Shown: positions 35,702 through 45,549, counted from the first letter of the stretch. The stretch is DNA of 64,000 nucleotides from Allosphingosinicella sp. (GCA_035629855.1 DASQLT010000070.1:1295-65294), one strand, 5' to 3'. Numbers and translations: made by a program. The notes: generated by a model not told the origin, from the sequence alone.

Positions 35702-36322
35702 TTACTTCAGCCGCTCGATCTTCTGCGCCGCCTCGTCGAGGATGGCGGCAATTTCGTGAAGGCGCTCCTCGCTCGTGTCGTCGGCCGTGACCCGGTGCCA
35801 AAGGGCCGAGAGGAGATTGCCGACGGCGCGCTGGATCGGCTTGCCGCCGGCTCTGCGCTTGCCCTCGCCGGCGCCGGTGAGCCGCTCGAAAAGCGCCTCC
35901 ACTTCGTCCGACCGCTCGGCGAGATGCGCCTGGCCTTCGGGCGTGATCGAAAAGGCCTTGCGGGTTCCGTCCGCCGCCGCTTCCTGGATCAGTCCCATGT
36001 CCTGGAGCATGGTCAGGGTCGGGTAGATGACGCCCGGGCTGGGCGCGTAGCTGCCGTGGGTGAGCTCCTCGATCGCCCGGATGAGGTCGTAGCCGTGACG
36101 CGGCTGGTCCGCGATCAGCTTGAGGAGAACGAGCCGAAGCTCGCCCGATTCGAACATCCGCCTCTTGCCGCGGCCGCCGCGTCCGCGTCCGAACTCGGCG
36201 CTCCAGTCGCCGCCTTCCCATCCGCCGCCGCCGCCGCCCCAGCCGCGGGGGCCAAAGCCCATCGCCAGCAGGCCGGGCGGGATGTCGCGGAAGGTGAAAC
36301 GGGGCCCACAACCGATCCTCAT
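35702..36322 (-). CDS. PadR family transcriptional regulator with Gly-rich N-terminal extension
   Basis: LRLVLLKLIADQPRHGYDLIRAIEELTHGSYAPSPGVIYPTLTMLQDMGLI. The start (36322 or the internal MGFGP) is uncertain. Confidence 0.85.
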   Translation of the reverse strand: MRIGCGPRFTFRDIPPGLLAMGFGPRGWGGGGGGWEGGDWSAEFGRGRGGRGKRRMFESGELRLVLLKLIADQPRHGYDLIRAIEELTHGSYAPSPGVIYPTLTMLQDMGLIQEAAADGTRKAFSITPEGQAHLAERSDEVEALFERLTGAGEGKRRAGGKPIQRAVGNLLSALWHRVTADDTSEERLHEIAAILDEAAQKIERLK

Positions 36323-36398
36323 GTGCTGTCTCCTATGTATCTAGAGCTAGCTGAGATATATCTTAGACGCATCTGAGTCAATCGCTGCGCACCCCTCC

Positions 36399-36480
36399 GT
36401 CATGCTGAACTTGTTTCAGCATCCAGAGACGAGCCGCCTCGCGGATGGAGGACTGGACCCTGAAACGCGTTCAGGGTGAC
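36399..36480. repeat. REP-like element, family B
   Basis: GTCATGCTGAACTTGTTTCAGCATCC ... GGACCCTGAAACGCGTTCAGGGTGAC. Confidence 0.9.
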
Positions 36481-36550
36481 GGCTTGGGCTCAGCCGACAG
36501 CGGACGACTTAGCGGTTCAACTAGGGCCCGTACCGCTCTAGAAGCCGGCC

Positions 36551-37876
36551 ATGGCCGATCTGTTCGCCGGCGATCCGCCGCCTCCTTCGCCCTCCGCAGC
36601 GCCGCCCGAGGGCGCGCCGCTCGCCGACCGGCTGCGGCCGCGCGCCTTGGGCGAAGTGGTCGGGCAGGACCATCTCACCGGGCCGGAAGGCGCGATCGGG
36701 CGGATGGTCGCCGCGGGCAAGCTCGCCTCGATGGTCCTGTGGGGACCGCCCGGCACCGGCAAGACCACGGTCGCGCGTTTGCTCGCCGACGCCGTGGGAA
36801 TGCGGTTCGTCGCCATCTCCGCGGTCTTTTCCGGAGTCGCGGACCTCAAGAAGGTGTTCGCGGAGGCGCGCGACCATGCGAAGCTCGGGCGCCAGACCTT
36901 GCTGTTCGTAGACGAGATCCACCGCTTCAACCGCGCCCAGCAGGACGGCTTCCTGCCTTATGTCGAGGACGGCACCGTCGTCCTGGTCGGCGCCACCACC
37001 GAAAATCCTTCGTTCGAGCTCAACGCGGCCCTGCTGTCGCGGGCCCAGGTGCTGATCCTGAACCGTCTGGACCATTCGGCCTTGTGCAAGTTGCTCGACC
37101 GTGCGGAGGCGATCATGGAGCGTTCGCTTCCGTTGACCGCCGAGGCTCGCGACGCGCTCGTCGCCACCGCCGACGGCGACGGACGCTTCCTTCTCAACCA
37201 GGCGGAAACGCTTTTCTCGGTCGACCTGCCCGAGCCGCTCGACCCCGCCCGGCTTTCAGCCCTGCTCCATCGCCGGGTCGCCGTCTACGACAAGGACCGG
37301 GAGGGCCATTACAACCTCATCTCCGCGCTTCACAAAGCCATTCGCGGGTCCGATCCGCAGGCGGCGCTTTATTATCTGGCTCGGATGCTGACCGCGGGCG
37401 AACAGCCGCTGTTCCTGCTGCGTCGGCTGGTCCGGGCGGCGGTCGAGGATATCGGCCTCGCCGATCCGCAGGCCCTCGTCCAGTGCATCGCCGCCAAGGA
37501 CACCTACGATTTCCTCGGCTCGCCCGAAGGCGAGCTCGCCATCGCCCAGGCCTGCCTCTATCTCGCCACCGCGCCCAAATCGAACGCCGTCTACGTCGCC
37601 CAGAAAGCGGCCTGGCGTTCGGCGCGCGACACCGGCTCGCTGATGCCGCCCAAGAACATCCTGAACGCCCCGACCAAGCTGATGAAGGAGGTCGGCTACG
37701 GCAAGGGCTACCGATACGACCATGACTCCGAGGGCGGCTTCTCCGGCGACAATTACTGGCCCGAGGAAATGGAGCCGCAGACTTTCTACACGCCTACGGA
37801 CCGGGGCTTCGAGAAAAGGCTCGCCGAGCGCCTCGCCTGGTGGGACGAGCAGAGGAAGGCGAAGCGCGATGAATGA
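36551..37876 (+). CDS. rarA: replication-associated recombination protein A (MgsA/RarA AAA+ ATPase)
   Basis: LRPRALGEVVGQDHL...GPPGTGKTT...LFVDEIHRFN...ALHKAIRGSDPQAALYYLARML. Confidence 0.95.
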   Translation: MADLFAGDPPPPSPSAAPPEGAPLADRLRPRALGEVVGQDHLTGPEGAIGRMVAAGKLASMVLWGPPGTGKTTVARLLADAVGMRFVAISAVFSGVADLKKVFAEARDHAKLGRQTLLFVDEIHRFNRAQQDGFLPYVEDGTVVLVGATTENPSFELNAALLSRAQVLILNRLDHSALCKLLDRAEAIMERSLPLTAEARDALVATADGDGRFLLNQAETLFSVDLPEPLDPARLSALLHRRVAVYDKDREGHYNLISALHKAIRGSDPQAALYYLARMLTAGEQPLFLLRRLVRAAVEDIGLADPQALVQCIAAKDTYDFLGSPEGELAIAQACLYLATAPKSNAVYVAQKAAWRSARDTGSLMPPKNILNAPTKLMKEVGYGKGYRYDHDSEGGFSGDNYWPEEMEPQTFYTPTDRGFEKRLAERLAWWDEQRKAKRDE

Positions 37877-39254
37877 GGGGATTAAGCTCGCCCTCGCCTT
37901 GCTGATCGGGGCAGTGCCGGCAGCCGCGCAACAGCCGCCGCGAGAGCCGACGACATACGACCGCGCCATCGCCGCCGGCTACAAGGCGCTGACCTTGTGC
38001 AGCGGCATCTTCAACGCGCGCCGGACACAGGCGCAGGTCGAGGCGCTCGAGCTGACCGGCATCTATCCCGAATTTGATAAGATCGTGCCCGCCCTTCCCG
38101 CCACGGTCGAGAGCAAAATCAACCGGGTGACCGTCAAGTTCGACGAGGCGCTCCCACCGCGGGTCGCAGTGTCTCGTGGCCATGCCGGCTGTTTTCTCTA
38201 TCCGATCGGCTCACCGCTCGATCCCCTTCTTCAGACACTTCCGCCGGTCCTGTTCGCCGAATTCCACTCCAATCCTAATTGGCCCTACGGCGATTCGGGA
38301 GCGATAGCGCGTCCCCGAGGGAATGCGCGTGCGCTCAGCCGAGGCGTGGATGCCGCCTTCGCCGCCGGCTTCGGCGAAGGGACGCGCACGACGGGGATAG
38401 TGGTCGTGCAGGGCAGGAAGATCGTCGCCGAACGCTATGCCGAAGGCTTTGGAATCCACACCAGCCAGCGCACTTGGTCGGTGGCCAAGAGCTTGGCCGG
38501 CACCCTGATCGGAGTGGCCGTTCAAAAGGGTCTGATTGATCCCGCCGCGCCGGCGCCGGTACCGCAATGGCAGTCGGAGGGCGATCCACGGGCAACGATC
38601 ACGCTCGATCAGCTGATGCGGATGGCGAGCGGACTCCACAGCGCAACGGCTGGCAATCGCACCGATTCGGTCTATTTCGGGGGAACGGCGGTCACCGAGG
38701 AGACGGTCGCCTGGCCGCTGGAAGTCCCGCCCGGGACGCGCTTTCGCTACGCCAACAACGACATTTTGCTCGCCGTCCATGCGCTCGCCTCGAAGTTGGG
38801 AAATTATCAGGACAAATCGGTCCCGAATGCCTTCTTCCACTGGCAGGTCTACATGAGGAACACGGTCGCCGAGACGGACTGGAAGGGAAATTACATCCTC
38901 TCCAGCCAGGTCTGGTCGACCGCCCGCGACCTCGCTCGGTTCGGGATGCTCTATCTCGACAACGGCATGTGGGGGAGCGAACGGATTCTCCCGGAGACCT
39001 GGCGCGACTACGTGACCCGGCCGGCGGGCCCGCAGCCGGAAGGAGAGTTCGGCTACGGCGCCACCTTCTGGCTGATGAACAAAAGTCCCGGCGTCCCGAC
39101 CGACACCTTTGCCGCTTTCGGCAATCGCGGCCAATATGTCGTCATCGTTCCGAGCCGGAAAATCGTCATCGTCCGCCGCGGCGAGGATCCGGCAGGCGCC
39201 CGCTTCGACGTCGCCAAATTTTCCGCCGAGATCCTCGCGGCGCTCCGGCCATGA
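37869..39254 (+). CDS. serine hydrolase, beta-lactamase/transpeptidase-like family
   Basis: Signal peptide and SxxK motif (WSVAKSL). The ATG overlaps the rarA stop (ATGAATGA). Confidence 0.8.
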   Translation: MNEGIKLALALLIGAVPAAAQQPPREPTTYDRAIAAGYKALTLCSGIFNARRTQAQVEALELTGIYPEFDKIVPALPATVESKINRVTVKFDEALPPRVAVSRGHAGCFLYPIGSPLDPLLQTLPPVLFAEFHSNPNWPYGDSGAIARPRGNARALSRGVDAAFAAGFGEGTRTTGIVVVQGRKIVAERYAEGFGIHTSQRTWSVAKSLAGTLIGVAVQKGLIDPAAPAPVPQWQSEGDPRATITLDQLMRMASGLHSATAGNRTDSVYFGGTAVTEETVAWPLEVPPGTRFRYANNDILLAVHALASKLGNYQDKSVPNAFFHWQVYMRNTVAETDWKGNYILSSQVWSTARDLARFGMLYLDNGMWGSERILPETWRDYVTRPAGPQPEGEFGYGATFWLMNKSPGVPTDTFAAFGNRGQYVVIVPSRKIVIVRRGEDPAGARFDVAKFSAEILAALRP

Positions 39255-39610
39255 AAGATTGGGAGGAGGCCGTCGCCTTCGCGCTCACGCTGGACGATAC
39301 CGAACTGTCGACCAGCTACGGCAAGCCGGCGGTCAAGGTGAACGGCCGAGCCTTCCTCTACACCGGCCGCGAGGAGGGCTCGTTCGGAGTGGCAATCGAT
39401 CTCGACACGGTCGAGATGCTCAAGGAAACCGATCCCGCCACCTTCTGGCAATCGGCACATTACGAAGGCTGGCCCGCAGTGCTCGTCCGTTACAGTAGCG
39501 AGGATCCCGAGCGGGTCCTTGGCATCATCGAACGCTCTCACGCATGGACTGCCGCCAAGCCCAGGCTCAAGTCCGGAAATGCCAGGCTCAAGTCCGGGAA
39601 AAGTAAGTGA
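39251..39610 (+). CDS. MmcQ/YjbR family DNA-binding protein
   Basis: MKDWEEAVAFALTLDDTELSTSYGKPAVKVNGRAF... pattern. ATGA overlap with the upstream gene. Confidence 0.75.
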   Translation: MKDWEEAVAFALTLDDTELSTSYGKPAVKVNGRAFLYTGREEGSFGVAIDLDTVEMLKETDPATFWQSAHYEGWPAVLVRYSSEDPERVLGIIERSHAWTAAKPRLKSGNARLKSGKSK

Positions 39611-39777
39611 CGTCGAGGCCTCGTCCGCCGCGGCCATGACGGCCCCGGCGCCGGCTTCGATCCCGCGCCTCTCGCCGGAGGCGTGCGCGCCGCTTTGCGC
39701 TGAATGGAACCGCCGCGAGCCCCCGCCATTATGCGGAGAGCGGCGGCGCGGCCGCTTTGCAGCAAGGGGACAGGCAC

Positions 39778-41091
39778 ATGTACGGCAACGATGGCGGCAA
39801 CGCCGATTACTGGCAGGCCCAGCTCATGTTCTGGGGCCCGAGGATACTCGCGGCCGTCGCCATCCTCGTCATCGCCTGGCTGCTCGCCCGAGCGGCCAAA
39901 TGGGCCATCGCCAAGGTCGTCGACCGGGTGCCGGCGCTGAAGAAGCATTATGAGGCGGAGCCGGGCCGGACGCTCGGCAGCCTGATCGGCGACATCGCCT
40001 TCTGGCTCATCATCCTCATCGGAATCATGCTCGCCCTTCAGCCGCTTCAGCTCGGCGGGGTGCTCGATCCGGTCCGCCAGCTCACCACCAACGCGCTCGC
40101 CTTCATCCCGAACGTGGTCGGCGCGGGGCTCATCTTCTTCATCGGCCTGATCGTCGCCCGGATCGTTCGGCGGCTCGTCGAAGGATCGCTCCTGGCCGCC
40201 AATGCGGACGGATGGCTTCGCAAGACCGGCCTTTCGGAAAATGCTGGAACCGCTCCGGCGAGTCCGCAGGGCGCCGCTCCCAGCGTCGCCGGCGGCCGAA
40301 CGTCGATCAGCCGCTCGGTCGGGATGGTCGTCTTCTTCCTGATCATGATCCCGGTCACCATCTCGGCGCTGGACGCGCTCCGGATCGAGGCGATCTCGGG
40401 GCCGGCGACCCAGATGCTCCGCACCATCCTGGATTCGATCCCGCTGGTGCTCGGCGCCCTCATCCTGCTCGCGATCGGCTATTTCGTCGGCAAGCTCGCC
40501 AAGCAGGCCATCGAGCAATTGCTGCCCTCGATGGGCTTCGACCGGGCGGTCGGCGCGATCGGCATCTCCACCGAAGGCGGCACGCCGTCGCGCACCGTCG
40601 GCACCGCCGTGATGATCGCCATCCTCATCTTCTTCGCGATCAAGGCGGCCGAATTGCTTCAGTCGCCGATCATCGCGGCGATGCTCGCCCAGGTGCTGGA
40701 GCTCGGCAGCCGGGTGCTGTTCGGAGCGGTGATCATCCTGGGCGGAGTCGCGATCGCCAGGATCGTCTCCAACCTGGTGAGCGGTGCCGGCACCGAGGGC
40801 TGGCTGCCGACGATCCTCAGGTGGTCGATCGTCGCTCTCGCGGTGGCGATGGGCCTGACGTTCATGGGGCTCGCCAACGAGATCGTGATCATCGCCTTCT
40901 CCGCGATCATCGGCTCGGCGGCGATCGCGAGCGCGCTCGCCTTCGGCCTCGGCGGGCGGCCCACCGCCCACAAGCTCCTCGAGCGCTGGACCGGTGACAA
41001 TTCCGTTCCCGTGCCGCCCTCCAAGCCCCGGCCTCCGAAAGCGCCGCTGCCGCCGAGGCCGCCCGAGGACAGCCAGCCGCCTCTGGTGTGA
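39778..41091 (+). CDS. conserved-TM-helix repeat membrane protein (mechanosensitive-channel-related)
   Basis: Repeated modules of the type IPNVVGAGLIFFIGLIVARIV and LGALILLAIGYFVGKLA. Pro-rich C-terminus. Confidence 0.6.
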   Translation: MYGNDGGNADYWQAQLMFWGPRILAAVAILVIAWLLARAAKWAIAKVVDRVPALKKHYEAEPGRTLGSLIGDIAFWLIILIGIMLALQPLQLGGVLDPVRQLTTNALAFIPNVVGAGLIFFIGLIVARIVRRLVEGSLLAANADGWLRKTGLSENAGTAPASPQGAAPSVAGGRTSISRSVGMVVFFLIMIPVTISALDALRIEAISGPATQMLRTILDSIPLVLGALILLAIGYFVGKLAKQAIEQLLPSMGFDRAVGAIGISTEGGTPSRTVGTAVMIAILIFFAIKAAELLQSPIIAAMLAQVLELGSRVLFGAVIILGGVAIARIVSNLVSGAGTEGWLPTILRWSIVALAVAMGLTFMGLANEIVIIAFSAIIGSAAIASALAFGLGGRPTAHKLLERWTGDNSVPVPPSKPRPPKAPLPPRPPEDSQPPLV

Positions 41092-41945
41092 CGGAGAGGT
41101 TCGCCCGCTTCGTCGCGATCGACTGGTCGGGCGCGAAGGGCAGGCGCCACAAGGGGATCGCCGTCGCCGTCGCCGAGGCGGGGGCGGCGGCCCCCCGCCT
41201 GGCCCGGCCCGGTCATGTCTGGTCGCGCACCGAGGTGCTCGACTGGCTGCTCGTCGAGGCGGCGGCGGCGCCGACCCTGTTCGGCTTCGACTTCAGCTTC
41301 GCCCCGCCGATCGCGGAGCGCGGCGAATATCTGCCGGGCGAGCCCGACGTCCCTTCGACGGCTCGGGAATTCTGGGCCTATGTCGACCGCCGGAGCGAGG
41401 ACGAGGATCTTGGCGCCGCCGGCTTCCTCGAGCGCTCGCACCGCCGCCATTTCTATTTCGGGATCGCCGACGGCGAGAAGGCCCGCTTCATGCATTTCCG
41501 CCAGTGCGACGCCCGGCTCAACGCTTTGGGCGGGCGCAAGACGGCGAGCGCCTACGACGCGATCGGCGCCGCCCAGGTCGCCAAGGCGAGCTTCGCCGGC
41601 ATGCGGTTCCTTCACCATTTGCAGGGGAGGGTCGCGGTCTGGCCGATGGACGAATTGCCAAGCCAAGGCAGCGCCGTCGTCGAGATCTATACGCGCATCT
41701 ATCTGCGCCGGGCCGGCCTTCCCGGCACCAAGCTGAGGTCCCGGGCCGAGCTGGATACCGCGCTCGTCGCGCTCGGCAGCCGCCCGGCGCGGCTCCGTTT
41801 CGAGCCCAACGACCACCAGACCGACGCCCTCGTCACCGCGGCCGGAATGCGCGCGCTCGCCGCCACGGAGCCGCGCGCCTTCGCCCCGCAAGGCCTGACC
41901 CCGGAGCTCGCCCGAAGCGAAGGCTGGACGTTCGGGATCCTCTAG
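41088..41945 (+). CDS. conserved hypothetical protein (possible RNase-H-fold, DUF429-like; weak)
   Basis: GTG start overlaps the upstream stop (GTGA). FVAIDWSGAKG N-terminus. No firm motif. Confidence 0.45.
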   Translation: MTERFARFVAIDWSGAKGRRHKGIAVAVAEAGAAAPRLARPGHVWSRTEVLDWLLVEAAAAPTLFGFDFSFAPPIAERGEYLPGEPDVPSTAREFWAYVDRRSEDEDLGAAGFLERSHRRHFYFGIADGEKARFMHFRQCDARLNALGGRKTASAYDAIGAAQVAKASFAGMRFLHHLQGRVAVWPMDELPSQGSAVVEIYTRIYLRRAGLPGTKLRSRAELDTALVALGSRPARLRFEPNDHQTDALVTAAGMRALAATEPRAFAPQGLTPELARSEGWTFGIL

Positions 41946-41992
41946 CGCGTGATCGCTTGAGAATGAATCGCGGACTTTTTCCCGACATCGGC

Positions 41993-42075
41993 GTCACCCT
42001 GAACTTGTTTCAGGGTCCAGCTGGTCGCTCGCCCGGGAAGCGGAAAGCTGGATGCTGAAACAAGTTCAGCATGAC
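41993..42075. repeat. REP-like element, family B
   Basis: GTCACCCTGAACTTGTTTCAGGGTCC ... GGATGCTGAAACAAGTTCAGCATGAC. Confidence 0.9.
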
Positions 42076-42116
42076 GGGATGGGACAGCGCTTCAGTCTAA
42101 AATGATCATGCTCTAA

Positions 42117-42140
42117 CCCCTCTCCCCTGCAGGGAGAGGG
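42117..42140. repeat. solo family-A hairpin (CCCCTCTCCCCTGCAGGGAGAGGG)
   Basis: Single stem-loop identical to the terminal hairpin of family A elements. Confidence 0.8.
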
Positions 42141-42219
42141 TTTATCGGGAATTCCGATCAGCCCGCCCCCGCCGTGAGGGGCTGGACCTTCGGCCGCTAA
42201 TGACCCATTTGGGCGCCGG

Positions 42220-42295
42220 GCCGGGTTAGCTCAGCTGGTAGAGCAACCGCCTTGTAAGCGGTAGGTCGTCCGTTCGAGTCGGACACTCGGCACCA
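42220..42295 (+). tRNA. tRNA-Thr (anticodon UGU)
   Basis: Hand-folded cloverleaf with acceptor GCCGGGT/ACTCGGC, D arm AGCTCAGCTGGTAGAGC, anticodon stem ACCGC/GCGGT with loop CTTGTAA, T arm GTCCG-TTCGAGT-CGGAC and an encoded CCA. Confidence 0.93.
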
Positions 42296-42449
42296 TTCCC
42301 GCGTCCGGCGGCGGTCCATTTTGCCCCCGAAACGGTTGTGAAAGCCAGCCAGGGATTTTTGGGGTATAGCCTATGGTTTGACTGCCATATCTCTTCATCC
42401 TATCCCTTCCGACAGGCCTGGCCGATCCGAAACGGAGTGAATTTCCCCG

Positions 42450-43238
42450 GTGACCATCGTCAACGACCTGAGAGCGGCGAGCCGGCAGAACGGCCTGGGG
42501 GTCGTTCAGGACTTCGTGACCCGGGCCGCGACGATCGAAGACATGGCCGGGCTTCGAAAGCTGGTCGAGGACGCCTGCGGGGCGCTGGGCTTCGACTATT
42601 TCGCGCTCGTCAACCATATCCGGTTCGGCCAGCCGTCCATTGGATATGTGCGGCTCACCAATTATCCTTTGGAATGGCTTGCGGTCGTTCGGGAGAGAGA
42701 CCAGCGGCTGGATCCCGTGCTCCGAGCCGCGGAGCGGGCTTCGAGCGGTTTCAACTGGAACCGGATCGGGTCGATGATAAAGCTGACGGCCGAAGAAAAA
42801 GCGGTGCTTCAGCAGGCCCGCGAATATGGCATCGGCGACGGGTTCACCGTCCCTAATCATATTCCCGGCGAAGTCTTCGGATCCTCCCACTTCGCCGTTG
42901 CCGACGACCAGCCGTTCCCGACCGAGAGCGTCGCGGCGGCGCAGGCCTTGGGCAACTTCGCTTTCGAAGCTGCACGGCGACTGATCGCGAAGCGCACCAT
43001 AAGGAGCGAGGAATATATCGTCCCCGCGCCGCTTTCGGATCGGCAGCGCGAGTGCCTGCTGTTCGTCGCGCGCGGCAAGAGCGACAGCGTCATCGCCCAG
43101 CTGCTCGACATTCGTCCCAGGACCGTGAACGAGCATATCGAGGCAGCCAAGCGCCGCTACGCCGTCGCTTCGCGCTCGCAATTGCTGGTGAGGGCGCTGT
43201 TCCGAAGCGAGATCTGCTTCCACGAAGTGATCGACTAA
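42450..43238 (+). CDS. LuxR-family quorum-sensing regulator (autoinducer-binding domain + HTH)
   Basis: The N-terminal domain is the length and pattern of AHL-binding domains (GFDYFAL...DPVL...GFTVP). C-terminal LSDRQRECLLFVARGKSDSVIAQLLDIRPRTVNEHI. GTG start is tentative. Confidence 0.85.
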   Translation: MTIVNDLRAASRQNGLGVVQDFVTRAATIEDMAGLRKLVEDACGALGFDYFALVNHIRFGQPSIGYVRLTNYPLEWLAVVRERDQRLDPVLRAAERASSGFNWNRIGSMIKLTAEEKAVLQQAREYGIGDGFTVPNHIPGEVFGSSHFAVADDQPFPTESVAAAQALGNFAFEAARRLIAKRTIRSEEYIVPAPLSDRQRECLLFVARGKSDSVIAQLLDIRPRTVNEHIEAAKRRYAVASRSQLLVRALFRSEICFHEVID

Positions 43239-43266
43239 GCCTTTAACGAAGAGGCCGCATTTTCTT

Positions 43267-43407
43267 CCTCTCCCGTCCTTACGGGAGAGGAGGGGCCCAA
43301 GCCGTAGGCTTGGGAGGTGAGGGTCTTCTTGCTGACTCCGGTGTACAGACCCTCACCTCCCACCGCTTCGCGGCGGGCCCCTCCTCTCCCGCGAAAAGCG
43401 GGAGAGG
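43267..43407. repeat. REP-like palindromic element, family A (near-twin of 3561-3695)
   Basis: CCTCTCCCGTCCTTACGGGAGAGG...GGGAGGTGAGGGTC...GACCCTCACCTCCCACCGCTTCGCGGCGGGCCCCTCCTCTCCCGCGAAAAGCGGGAGAGG. Confidence 0.9.
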
Positions 43408-43419
43408 GGCAGGCCGCCG

Positions 43420-44805
43420 TCAGAGTCGCCGAAGCTCGAGCCTTAGCGTGCCGCGCGGCCGGCAATTGGGCCAATGGTGCCAGCGCGGCGGTTTCGGGTC
43501 GGTGAGGATCAGCGCATGACCCTCGAGCAGGGTCCGAAGCAGGGCCCGGACCTGGAGAGAGGCGAAGTTCGCGCCCAGGCAGCCGTGAGCGCCGCCGCCG
43601 AAAGGCACGAAAGCGTAGCGGTGCCGACCCCGCGACCGTTCCGGGGAGAAGCGCTCCGGATCGAAGCTCTCCGGTGAGTCCCAGATTTCCGGAAGGAGAT
43701 GGGTCAGCATCGGATTGACTCCGGTGATCGTTCCGGCCGGAAAGGCGTGGCCTGCGAAGCGGAAGGGCCGGATGGCCCTTCGCCACAATATCGGGGCGGC
43801 GGCATTGAGCCGCGACGCCTCCTTCAAAGCCCATTCGGCCCGTTCGCAGCCGCCGAGGTCGGCGATGTCGATGGAGCCGCGATGCGGGACCCGTTCGCAT
43901 AATTCGTCCCGTACCGCCGCCTGCCATCCGGGATTGGCCGCCAGATAGTAAAGGGCGGAGAGGGTTGCTGACGACAAGGTGTCGAAAGATGCCGCGATGA
44001 CGAACGTCAGATGCGCGACGATCTCGCTTTCGTCGAGCAATCCGGCGTCCCGCATCCGGCACAAGGTAGCGAGAAGGTCGGTCCGGCCGGCCTCCGCCGG
44101 CTCCGCCAGCATCGGCCGGATCAGGCGCTCGACGTGGCGCCTGGCCCAGCTCGCCCGCCCTTCGGCCGTGCCCGGCAACGGTATTGTCACAAGCGCGGCG
44201 GCCGATCGCATCAGATAGCGGAAGGCGAGCATGTCCCGGCGGGTCGCGAGCGCCGGGTCGCGGCCGAGGAAAGCGGCATAGCCGTTGGCGAAGGTGAGCT
44301 GCTGGGCAAGCTCGTAGAGATCGAGCGAACGCCCGGACCAGCGTTCGAGCACATGCTCGTTATTGGCCGCGAAGATGTCGAGGTAGGATTGCAGCTGCTG
44401 CTGCTTGAAGGCGCCCGCGATCAGCTTGCGATGCCAATGATGGTCGGCGCCGTCGCGAAGCAGCAGCCCGCCCTCGAAATGGCGCCCGAACACCGGCCTC
44501 CACCCGCCCTCGGCGGAAAAGTTGCCGGCCTGGTCCGCCAGCACGAATTCGTTCGCTTCGGGCCCGACCAGCTGAACGTTCCAGCTGCCGCAGGCGTAGA
44601 AACGGTGCACCGGCCCGAAGCGGGCGTGCATGCGCCGGGCGAAGGCGAGCGGATCGAGCACCGCCTCCGGGAGAATTCCGACCAGCGGCAGTCCGGCCTT
44701 GCCGGGAATGGAGGCGAGATCGCGGCCCCGTACCCGCGGGAAATCGTGGCGGACGACCGCGGGTTTCTCCCGGAGGGCGATCGGCGGCAGGAAGTGGGCG
44801 GTCAA
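43420..44805 (-). CDS. cytochrome P450
   Basis: Haem-thiolate loop FVPFGGGAHGCLG and EASRL (ExxR). I place the start at TTG 44805 (AGGAG 5 nt upstream) because the longer ORF to 45063 would overlap the divergent LuxI gene. Confidence 0.85.
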   Translation of the reverse strand: MTAHFLPPIALREKPAVVRHDFPRVRGRDLASIPGKAGLPLVGILPEAVLDPLAFARRMHARFGPVHRFYACGSWNVQLVGPEANEFVLADQAGNFSAEGGWRPVFGRHFEGGLLLRDGADHHWHRKLIAGAFKQQQLQSYLDIFAANNEHVLERWSGRSLDLYELAQQLTFANGYAAFLGRDPALATRRDMLAFRYLMRSAAALVTIPLPGTAEGRASWARRHVERLIRPMLAEPAEAGRTDLLATLCRMRDAGLLDESEIVAHLTFVIAASFDTLSSATLSALYYLAANPGWQAAVRDELCERVPHRGSIDIADLGGCERAEWALKEASRLNAAAPILWRRAIRPFRFAGHAFPAGTITGVNPMLTHLLPEIWDSPESFDPERFSPERSRGRHRYAFVPFGGGAHGCLGANFASLQVRALLRTLLEGHALILTDPKPPRWHHWPNCRPRGTLRLELRRL

Positions 44806-44855
44806 AACGGCTCCTTTGGTCGGGAAGCCTACAGGGGCACGCGCGGACCCGCCCA

Positions 44856-44871
44856 CCCGGTAACTACCGGG
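44856..44871. promoter_or_regulatory. candidate lux-type box: palindrome CCCGGTA-AC-TACCGGG in the P450/LuxI divergent intergenic region
   Basis: Perfect 7-bp arms. Extends to CACCCGGTA/TACCGGGGTG with one extra G. Centred ~60 nt upstream of the LuxI ATG and ~58 nt upstream of the P450 TTG. Confidence 0.35.
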
Positions 44872-44922
44872 GTGTGAATTTGGCGGCCCATGCCCGATTT
44901 CAAAAGCGTGGAGGCTGAATGA

Positions 44923-45549
44923 ATGATTGACCTGGTTCTTCCTGAAACCCGCTTCGGCTTCGCGGCGGCGCTCATGGAGATGCATCATGATCGCAAGCAG
45001 GTTTTCGTCGATCGTCTGGGGTGGCGCCTGCCGGCAAAGGGTAGCTGGCTGGAGGTCGACCAATTCGACGACGATTACGCCATCTATCTGCTCGCCAGGT
45101 CACCTGAAGGCCGCCATCGGGGGTCAGTGAGGCTTCTCCCGTCCTCACGCCCCCACATGCTCGATACTCTCTTCAGTCAGCTCTGCCCGGGTGGGGTCCC
45201 GAGCGGGGATGACTGTTGGGAGATATCGCGCCTGGTGACCAACCCGGCCGACGCCTCGGGCAATACCGTGCTCAAGGTGCACCGGTTGCTGGCTTTGGCG
45301 CTGGTCGAGTTCGCCAACGCCAACGCGATCGCCCGCTACACGCTCGTCGCCGAGGCGCACCGGGTGCCGGCCTTGCTCTCCGTCGGGTGGCGAGTGACCC
45401 CGCTGGGGCTTCCGACGCCGGTCGAGGGCGAGACGCTCCAGGCCCTGCAGATCGACCTCGAGCCCGCGACGTTGCACGACATGCGCCGGCGGCTGCGAAT
45501 CGAGCAGCCGGTTCTGCGCGTGCTCGGCGCCCAGCGCAGGGCGGCCTGA
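44923..45549 (+). CDS. LuxI-family acyl-homoserine-lactone synthase
   Basis: HHDRKQVFVDRLGWRL...EVDQFDDDYAIYLL...GSVRLLPSSRPHML...WEISRL pattern. GGAGG is 8 nt upstream of the ATG. Confidence 0.85.
   Translation: MIDLVLPETRFGFAAALMEMHHDRKQVFVDRLGWRLPAKGSWLEVDQFDDDYAIYLLARSPEGRHRGSVRLLPSSRPHMLDTLFSQLCPGGVPSGDDCWEISRLVTNPADASGNTVLKVHRLLALALVEFANANAIARYTLVAEAHRVPALLSVGWRVTPLGLPTPVEGETLQALQIDLEPATLHDMRRRLRIEQPVLRVLGAQRRAA

Noticed and set aside
42296-42449. tRNA-Thr-linked integrative island covering the QS locus.
   Set aside because: No integrase gene is present. I found no repeat of the tRNA 3-prime end downstream (checked 46.9-47.3 kb by eye). G+C of the QS genes looks similar to the rest of the window. 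Only an accessory-locus hint is kept.
44806-45063. 5-prime extension of the P450 ORF up to 45063.
   Set aside because: It would overlap the divergent LuxI start and its RBS by 140 bp. A TTG at 44805 with AGGAG 5 nt upstream gives a normal-length (461 aa) P450.
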